NCBI GenBank assembly: GCA_010909165.1
Contig: VJWM01000330.1
Location: 1-58,410, forward strand
Direction: 5' to 3'
DNA from: Anthoceros angustus
Lineage: Eukaryota > Plantae > Anthocerotophyta
DNA length: 58,410 bases
The notes beneath the pieces were generated by a model that saw only the letters and a list, made by a program, of their open reading frames with translations, was not told where the DNA came from and did not search any database. Position numbers and translations under genes: made by a program. This document shows positions 50,020-58,410 of the stretch, piece by piece; within the stretch, counting starts at the first letter, position 1, and each line of letters opens with the position of its first letter.

Positions 50020-51278
50020 TCAAAGTCGGAGGTCGAAATTCAAAGACAAAGGCTGGTTGGCGATCGCTTCTTGCCCAAGATGTCACTTTCTCGAGATCCA
50101 AAAGCCTTCCACAACGTGAAAGCAAAGCCACTCTTCTTCTCGTGGTACCCCAACAAATCCCGACTCATCACTAGGTTTGGCTTGCTGGCTTGCCCCACCG
50201 TGAGGTGCCTCACCTTAATTCGTATGCACATCATGTCACCCACCACTTTCACCTCAATGCCCAGCCGGTTTGACCACCGGATGGTATCGCTCGGCCGTGC
50301 CTTCGACACAAACGCCCGTGACCGATCCAGGCCCCGCCCCGCCCAGATCTCAAGCCCGTTAATGGTGTGAACGAGGTAGAGAGTTCCACGGTGCTCACAC
50401 AACCGCACGCCCTTACGCCAGCGATTATTAAACCACTTGAATGACACCGGACTCCTCGATTGTCATCATTGATGAGCATTGCATGACGAACTGCGCGCCT
50501 TCAGCGCCGATATCTAGGTGTAATAAGCCGAGAGCCTTCACAACGATCCACCGTAAATGGTGTTGTCGATTGCATAGGATTTGGTCCACGGCCTCGCCGC
50601 CGCCCGCAGCTCAAAGTCCACACGCGACGAGTTGAAGTCGGCGTCCATCTGCTCGGCCGATCGACATGGAGGCTCGAACTTCACCGCCACTAACGTGGTG
50701 AAGTAAACACTTGAACCCGCCCGTCCGCGGCTACTACTTGCACACCCGCAGCAGTCGGGCTGCCAACCCGGCCGCTCAGACCAGGGCAGCCTGTGACGCC
50801 TTGGTCACTGGATTGAAAATGCAAGAGTCAGTGGTACCATGGGATCCTCCCATCCGCTGGACTGTCTCTGACAACAATGTAGCCACACTGTGGCTGCTGC
50901 GAGCGTGTCGGGACCCCACAAGGCACTCCGCCTCAAGCTCCGGATCGCAGGCCAAAACAAATCGCAATACCTCCGTGGAAGGAAGGACAAATCAACTCCG
51001 ACGGCCCTTGAGCTCCTAGGCTTCTCAACGGCCCACAACGACACCGTAAGGTGACCGCTCACATCCCCGATCATCAAATTTTGCGAATGCTCCTCCAAGA
51101 AAAAGAGGCGACCTCATGTACGGTACCACCGTGCACGAATGCTCAAGCGAACGCTACAACGGCAGAGAGGACAACACTTCCACAACGCCAAGGAGGTTCT
51201 CCCACAATGTTGCCCATATCGAGGCCCCCATCGCTGCGACTTGGGTCCAAAGCAAATGATAGCATCACGATGCGCCAT
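50020..51278 (-). CDS. F-box protein, copy 5
   Basis: Same blocks (EEHSQNLMIG, DLSFLPRRYCDLFW, CEHRGTLYLVHTING, SDRQPAFVFEFRP); many indels. Confidence 0.72.
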
Positions 51279-51606
51279 AATCTCGCTCACCAAGTTCCCA
51301 AGCAAGTGCACAACAAATTGTAGATTTTTGCTGCAACTTGGAACTCAACAGTTCAATGATATTGGACCGATACAAACCCTACATATATAGCACAGACTAA
51401 AATTGACGAAACAAAGGAGGACTTGTTGAGATTGAACGATCTGAAAAGTCCTATGTACAATAACTCAGTAGTTTCAGCGGGTTGGGCACAAAGGTTTGAT
51501 TTTACACTAACACAATACCCTACATATATAGGTCGAGATTAAAATTACGTCAAACAAAGCACGACTTATTCGGAGATTGCAATTTTAGGAAGGGCAGCTC
51601 ACGGAT

Positions 51607-52710
51607 TTTCAAGCATCCGTGAGCTGCCTTCCCCGCATAGAAAAATTGGATGATCCCGCTTTTCTCATCTTTCCGATTTAAGACGGTCCCAATAGCATAG
51701 GCGACACATCCACGTACGTGAAACGGCTTCTCCCAATCCGCGTTGTAAAGTTGCGCTCACTAAGTCGTCCTTCAATCGCTGAAAAGCCTCCCGCCTTGCG
51801 CTTTGTCCATTCAAGGTGTATCCTTTTTGGTTGGTTAACGTCAACAAGGCTGCCTTCTTGGCGAAATCCTTGATGTGAACCTCCGAATACCCACTAGCCC
51901 TTACAAAAGCTCGCACCTGCCTTACCGCTTGAGGTGCCCATCCATCTCTATCACCGCTACTTTCTCCTTATCTACCCGTAATCCTTGTAGTAGACTGATG
52001 TGCTATATGCTAACAAAATGCCCTCCGTCATGCCAAAATAATACTTCGATGAAGTTTCATGTCTGCACTTCTCGAAAACATTGCCTCAAATGGTCTAAAT
52101 GCGTTTCTCTCCGAACACGCAAATCATCCAAGAATACCTCCATGAACTTCCTCGGAAAATCTCGAATATCGCGGCTCACCACATTGGAAAGTGGCCGGCA
52201 TTGCACAATCCGAAAGGGAGCTCGAACAGGCGTAAGTCCCCAATCCATTGTAAACGCTTGTCTTGTCCCGATCCTCCTCCGCAGCCGTAAATTTGATTGA
52301 TTGTAATATCCATCCAAGCTGCATCTCATGTCCAGCCATCGTCCAAAGACACTATCCATGAAAGGTAAAGGGTGATGATCCTTCTTCGCTGCCTCGCTGA
52401 GTTTCAAATCTCGACACACTCAACCTTTCCCTCGCCGCTTTGGTACACGATGGCTGCACCCACTCACTAGTAAGCACCGGTAAATCACCCAGCCTCCAAA
52501 TATTGGTCGAGCTGATCCTTAACAATCATGGAATACTTGGGATTCAGCATATTGCTTGATCCACCGAGTGTCGCCCTTCAGTCTATTCGATGTATTCCCA
52601 ATTCCCAAGATCCCTGTCATGTCAGTAATCTTGAAGGCAAACACATCGACATATTCTCTAAGGACTCCACGAAACTCTTCTTTTTCTATCTGGCCTAGGT
52701 ACTTAGAAAT
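51607..52710 (-). mobile_element. Inverted Gypsy A fragment (RT to start of RNase H)
   Basis: Reverse complement of ~6815-7920; KKDHHPLPFMDS, RKFMEVFLDD, HLDHLRQCF, IKDFAKKAALLT. Confidence 0.9.
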
Positions 52711-54194
52711 CGTAAAGTCGCGGCCTCGTCTGGGGCCTCGACGCGCCCGGTTGGTTTTTTTTCGGGGGGGTGGAGGTGGATTTCTAGAGAGAGAAATGAC
52801 CTTTTGGTCATTGTTTTACTCAATATAGTAAAATTTATTACAATGAGTGAAAAAACATGATGGGGTGAAAATAATCCACCTTCAATGTTAAAACATGCCG
52901 ATGGGGTGAAAATAATCCACCATCAATGTTGCAAGTGCAATAGGGTAAAAAAAATGACCACCAAGTGAATACCAGTACTCTAGTAGAAGCTAATTCTAGA
53001 AATCCACCAAAATCGCTAATCTAGCAAAACATTTTCTCATAGTAATATTCATGGATCCAAAGATATATACAAAAGACCAACAAAGAAACGCTTTGCGAGT
53101 TTTCTTGTATATCCGTAATGGCATGAAATACAAATTCAAGTAATGCAAAGTAAATACGTAATAGATTGAACTCGCTCAACCACAATAAAACCTAAAACGA
53201 AACGTAAATTAGCACCAAACCAATAATTAGGTCGATTACTAGGACACCCATAAAAGGGTGACTAAAGCTAACTAAAGCACTAAACCGTACCTTCTAAAAG
53301 GGGCCACAACCAAAGCTTGAAAGATGTAAAAATGAGGTTAGATAGTCATAGTAGAAACAAACAACGGGCTAACATACACATAGCCCGAAACAACAAGATG
53401 AAAAGTAATCCACAATAGAAAACGACAATGGACAACTGTATCGCAGATAACTCACACTTGCACTAACATGCATGTCCCACCGATGCAACTACCCTTGTCT
53501 TGAGGAAGACTACTAAACGTTGACTCGTCGATGTCCGCAAAACATAGATAAGCATTAGATCAAGGAAAATCGAAAACAATTATCACTAATCAACCGATGA
53601 CCAACCATACTTAAGGGGCCAGCCTTAACCGTGAGCCCGAAAGATGAAAATGGACATAAAATAGCTATCATATAAGAAGAAATAAAAACGGCTAACATAA
53701 AAATCGCCGGATAACTGGACACAACAAGATGTATAAGAAACCACCATAAGATGAAAATGACAACAAGGTATCAAGATAATCGATATTGCACCAAACATGC
53801 GATAGTTACGTCCAATACTTCCGGTGATTACTCGCATAGATCGCAACAACATCGTGAGACAAGAACGTAATAAACGTATGATTGATAACAGACCAAAGTG
53901 GTCTAGCAATATAACTTGCATAAAACAAGGTGAAGGAACCGCAACGGTCGTAACACAAGAAGTCCAAGCACGTACCAACAAAACAAGGAAGCAACCAACA
54001 AAACAAAAGACCATCAAAGAACATGATACCATCTTTCCTACAAACAAAACAAAGGACACAAAGACGTCACATAAATTCGTGTTAAGAAACACGAGCATGC
54101 AACCACCCTAGGCAATAGCATTGCTCAAACGCAGGCTCGATCGCTAAGTTAAGCTTTGCTTTCGAAGGCTTACCGGTCATTTCTTAAACGACTG

Positions 54195-54545
54195 TGCACC
54201 ATGGCCTTTAATGCAGCATTCAAAACGAGCAACAAAACAACAAAGGGCCTTCAAACAGATAGAATAGACCTTGGCCTCGAACAAAAGCTGGAGAAAGGCC
54301 TTAGCCTTCAGGCGACGCTAAAAGAACCTTGGCCTTCAAAAGAGTGGACAAGGCCATAGCCTTCGAACACGGCATAAAAGAACCTTGACGTAAACAAAAG
54401 ACCTATGCCTTTAGAGCATAGCGCAGATCTTGGCCTACAAAAGAGAGAAGAACTTTGCTTGGAGCGCAAAGACCTTAGCCTCTCGAAAAGCCAAAGATGC
54501 ATAAAGACCTATGCCTTGAGCAAGAGCGCAAGACCTAAGCCTACG
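54195..54545 (-). repeat. CCTTGGCC/CCTTAGCC motif array (copy 3)
   Basis: gaccttggcc 54268, ggccttagcc 54297, aaccttggcc 54326, ggccatagcc 54352, tcttggcc 54428, gaccttagcc 54471, gacctaagcc 54532. Confidence 0.7.
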
Positions 54546-54584
54546 AAAAGACAGATGAGGAAAGACATCTATGTCCGGACAAGC

Positions 54585-54900
54585 CGCTTATATAGGCCAA
54601 GAACCCTAGCCGTTCTCACTCTGGCGCCCATTCTCTCTCTACCAAACCACATTTGAATTTCTCGAACCTAAAATACCGAGGGTCCAAATATCTAGGTTCG
54701 CGATCTGCTCACGCCGCCCTCCTCACCCAAACCTAGTTTCCAAGTTCCAAACCTAGCTTACCTTCACCAAACCTAGCCTACCTCCACCAAACCTAATGTC
54801 CGAACGCCAAAGCGGTGGCGTAACACAAACCTCGCCACGAATCGAGCCCCGCCATTGACACCACCGAACCATCTAGAACCCTAAAACTTCAAGACATAAA
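54585..54900. promoter_or_regulatory. Bidirectional promoter module (copy 3)
   Basis: cgcttatataggcc..gaaccctagc..ctctctctaccaaacc..(aaacctag)n..gaaccctaaaa. Confidence 0.5.
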
Positions 54901-57031
54901 CAATCGCCACCCTAAACCAGGCCACCGCCCATCACGCCAAGCTCATGGTGGTGCTATTGATTGCAAAAGGGTCCGCATGCAGGTGTAGGGTCGCTCGCTC
55001 GCCAGTTCTGACCCACTCGCGCCAAGATCTTACACCGCATCGTCATCCTGGCGTTCTCGGGAGGTTTTGCATCCTCGGCGCTCTCTTCGATCAAAGATCC
55101 TCCAGGTGATCGCCGCCCCTGGAACTCTCGGTTACGGTTTCTTGATTTTGATCATCTGCGGTTGTGATGCCACCACTGGTGCATTTGTGAAGTCATCCTG
55201 GTCCTTCTTGGGGGCGATGCTAATCTTGCTGTGTATCGTTCAAATTTATCGATTGTGCGGAAGCCTTGGGCGAGTTAACCAACACGATTCGAGCCCGGCC
55301 CGCGGCGCATCATCCCGCCGGGCATAGCACAGGCGGCGCCACAGCCCACAGGCGTGGTGCAACACAGCCGATAGCGTTTCGCGGCTGCCCGTCACGGTGC
55401 ATGACGCTCGAGTCAGTCGGGTCGATCGCCATGGCACAGGATGAAGCGAGATCGAAGCAGGATGAACAAGGCGGGGAGGGAAAGTCGTAATGGATCGTGA
55501 ACGGTGGGCGCTCTGCAGCTCTCCTTGAAGTTCCAGCCGCGTGGAATGCGCCCTGCACGGGAGGTGAACAAAGGGCGTGAAGGTTTGGCCGTGCGTGGGG
55601 CGGGAGCGGCCCAAGCTCAACACGGGCTCCCGATCGGCGGCGTGCACTACCACGTCCGCCATGGTGGTGGCGGAGGCGACGCATCGGCCACCGAGGAGAA
55701 ATCACCGCCACCCGACAATCCATGTGGTTTGTGGCTTCGCGCGGCCCCGTGCTTCATGTGGGAAGTGTTGAGCGCCGGTGGTCTTTGGATCTCTTGCACG
55801 TGAAGAAATAGCCCATGAATGAGTTTGATATCGATTCTCTTGTGAAATGACCGACGATATTCTCTTTGTGCAGCACTCTTGGTGCGTTAAGAATTACGCG
55901 GCTCATGGCCACTTCAGAAAAGCAAGGTAATCAAGCAAGTTGAATATTATCGTCAATCCTCCTCCGATCCGTTTTCGATTTAGGCAACAAGTCGCTTGGT
56001 TCCACCAAGGTGTTCCTCGCTCTTCGAGTTAGTTTCGGACGATTTCTTGCAATATGCAATTTGTTTCAAGAAGGTTTTAGTGTAGGCTCTACTTTTCGAT
56101 GCGATGTTGTAGAAGCGTGATACGTTGGTCTTGTTATCTTTGCGTGTACAGCATGTGTGGTGTTCCGTGCCATGTGTTTGTGCATGTTATCATTGTAAAG
56201 CGCCTTTCGCCTTGATCAAAAGCCACTAATCAAGAAACGTCGATAAGTTTTGATGTCTTTGCGAAGAAATAAACCATGGAGTTTGATGTCCGTTCTCATC
56301 GTGAAATGATCGACGCTAATCCTTTGTGCAGCACGTTAAAGTTCGCCTCGGCGTTGACTTCGCAACGAAAAGCAAGGTAATCAACCAGTTCAACAATATT
56401 GTCATGATCCTCGGAAACTAATCCGTCGCCGTGTGTAGGCAGCGGTCGCTTGGCTTCCACTAAGGCGATGTCAACACACGAGGCGATCGAGTACCATCAT
56501 CGAGAACACACTAGGCGTTCGCTTAACAATTTCCATTTCTTGTGTACGAAATCTAAACGCTTATACCAAGAAGTTGGTAAGCATCAACGGTTTTGAACGC
56601 CTGTAACTTAAGAACCGCGAGCTTAAAGTATCGGCATGCACAGTATCTTTGCGACATCTTCGCAGATGGGATCGACCGTGTATACCCTTTCAACTGGGTA
56701 GAAGATACTTAGAAAAGCGCGAACCCTAAAACTATGAAAATACTAAGGTAAAATAATGGAGAAAAGCTCGAACACTATAAAGTACGAAAGTGAAAATCTG
56801 CTTGAAGAGAGAGAGAAAAGCTATAATTTGGGTGGATAGGGCAACAACTCTTAAAATGCGCGGACCTCTCATGCTATTCTTGATCGAGTGGCGCGCGTCT
56901 CGGCCCCCATCCTCGGCGCTCCCTTCATGCAAGAGGCAGACGGCGATCAGGCGCCTGGCCTAGAACGGTCTCGGCCTAACGGCCTCGACCGTTCTCGACG
57001 TCAACGCCCGTAGCATCCGTTCCCCTAACAA

Positions 57032-57280
57032 ACTTCTTGCTGGGTTCTAACTCTAGGTCTTCTACCGCGCCGGGATCTACATATGTTCCCTGGGTACTAC
57101 CTATACGTTCGGACCCTCTTAGGAAAATCGATCATAGGCCCTACCCTTCCAAAAGGCTACTCCTTCCCTATGTGCCTCATCCTCAGACTCTTCTACGGTT
57201 TCCTCTATATGTAAGAAGGCGTACACCAAATCACTCTTTATTTCGGCGATCTCGACTGGAAGACCCCGATATGCTCGGAC
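57032..57280 (-). mobile_element. Continuation of the inverted Gypsy A fragment (protease-RT linker)
   Basis: Reverse complement of ~6580-6810 (taggccctacccttccaaaaggctactcc..ttccctatgtgcctcatcctc). Confidence 0.85.
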
Positions 57281-57580
57281 TCCGGAGGTGGTGCGTTATG
57301 CAAGGGCATCATTTTCTGTTACAAGATGGTCCAAAAGTGTTAGAATACTATGTTACAACATCCCCCCGCCTTCCTAAAATTGCAATCTCCGATAAGTCGT
57401 GCTTTGTTTGGTAATTTTAATCTCGCCTATATATGTATTGTGTTAGTGTAAAATCAAACCTTTGTGCCCAACCATGGAAACTTCAATGAGTTGTTGTACA
57501 TAGGACTTTTAGATGTCGTTCAATCTCAACAAGTCCTCCTTTGTTTCGTCAATTTTAGTCTCGCTATATATGTAGGGTTT
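57281..57580. repeat. Inverted ~300 bp fragment of the F-box tandem unit (region upstream of the F-box ATG)
   Basis: ggaggtggtgcgtt..catcattttctgttacaagatggtccaaaagtgttagaatac..tatatgtagggttt is the reverse complement of ~23690-23995. Confidence 0.9.
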
Positions 57581-57581
57581 C

Positions 57582-57603
57582 CCGCCGCGACGAATCGCGG
57601 CGG
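57582..57603 (-). terminator. Perfect 9 bp GC stem with UUCG loop downstream of the DDPF ORF (terminator-like, no U-tract)
   Basis: ccgccgcga-cgaa-tcgcggcgg. Confidence 0.4.
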
Positions 57604-57655
57604 TCGGTCGTATCGCAAGGATCGCCTCGTCAGCCGATCTCGGCTCGTCGACCGA

Positions 57656-58410
57656 TCAAGGAGCGGCGGGCGCCGGATCAGCGAACGGATCATCGCCGGC
57701 AGGAGCGGGCTCCGGGCTCGTCGGCGCCGGAGCCGGATCGGCGAACGGATCGTCGCCTGCCGCAGGAGCCGCCGGCGTCGCCGGAGCCGGATCCGCGAAC
57801 GGTCGTCCCCGCCGGAGCAGGCGTCGTCGGCGCGGCGGGATCGGCGAACGGATCGTCGTTCGCCGGAGCGGGCGCCGTCGCGCAGGAGCGGCAGGGGTCC
57901 CGAAAGGATCGTCGCTGGCGCTGGGCGCTGGAGTCGTCGGCGCCGGAGCGCCGAACGGATCGTCGTTCGTCGGCGCAGGCGTCGGAGCTGGGAAGCCGGA
58001 GCGCCTGAACGGATCGTCGCTGGGAACGGCAGGCGCTGCAGGGCCCGGAGCCGCAGATTCGCCGAACGGATCGTCCGCCGGGCGCCAGGCGGCGTCGCTC
58101 GGGGCGCCGGGAGGGGCAGCGGAACGTCGCCCGGTTCCGCAGGTTGACCGACGGAACTCCGCTGCTGAATACGCGGGCTGCTGCCGAAGATGCCGCCGCC
58201 TGATGAGTCGGCAGGAGCCGCCGGGGCAGCGCCTGACTTCCGGAGTCGTCGCTTCCGTCAGCGAAGGAGCCGGTGCCCCGAACGGATCGTCCGAGGGGAC
58301 CGCGGGTTCCGCAGGCATCGGAGCTGGGTCGCCGGAGCGCCTGAACGGATCGTCTGCCGGAACGGTGGGTTCAGCCGAGCCGGTTCAACCGGCATCGGGG
58401 CCGGGTCGTC
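57656..58410 (-). CDS. C-terminal part of a Pro/Ala-rich protein with repeated DDPF(A/G) motifs; bacterial-like, probably contaminant or chimeric join
   Basis: ORF 57656-58318 has repeated DDPF units (gacgatccgttc) and the repeats continue to the window end; very high GC, no introns, abrupt compositional break at 57580. Confidence 0.65.

Larger units (their letters stand above)
21397..51592. repeat. Tandem array of a ~3.4 kb unit (about 5 copies), interrupted by Gypsy B at 33374-47539
   Basis: Marker aaagttaataggc recurs at ~21408, 24831, 28208, 31606 and 49133, giving periods of ~3420, 3380, 3400 and 3360 bp after removing the insertion; AT-rich parts are nearly identical. Confidence 0.95.
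52711..57030 (-). mobile_element. Element X copy 3: internally deleted non-autonomous derivative (~4.3 kb) inserted in Gypsy A
   Basis: 52711-53150 matches the reverse complement of 18935-19435; 54200-54900 holds the array and promoter; 56780-57020 is the other terminus. Gypsy A is contiguous across it (..acttagaaat | X | acttcttgctgggttctaactctagg, reverse complement of ~6785-6830). No YR or gene 2 exons recognised. Confidence 0.78.

Noticed and set aside
57464-58147. 227 aa Arg-rich plus-strand ORF
   Set aside because: Antisense of the DDPF-repeat ORF, and it crosses a probable chimeric junction

Overview
Repeat-dense eukaryotic DNA, most consistent with a non-seed land plant (GT-AG introns, telo-box promoters, a plant F-box family, non-chromovirus Ty3/Gypsy elements). 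Small indels are pervasive and differ between near-identical repeat copies, suggesting an error-prone long-read consensus, so frameshifts do not prove pseudogenisation. Main components: (1) Three copies of a DNA element ('element X': 1-4527, 9047-19435, 52711-57030). The full ~10.4 kb copy has an intron-rich Crypton/DUF3504-like tyrosine recombinase gene, a divergent multi-exon gene of unknown function, a shared bidirectional TATA/telo-box promoter, and an array of ~20 AAGGCYAAGG motifs with variable spacers. Every visible end of X abuts one Gypsy family. (2) Fragments of that Gypsy family (A). (3) A ~3.4 kb tandem array (about 5 units), each unit with an intronless F-box gene and a PPR-like remnant. 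(4) A complete 14.2 kb Gypsy element (B) inserted in F-box copy 4, with ~4.3 kb LTRs that each contain a long ORF-like region. (5) A terminal GC-rich, bacterial-looking Pro/Ala 'DDPF'-repeat ORF, probably a chimeric join or contaminant. All protein assignments are by-eye motif recognition; no searches were run.
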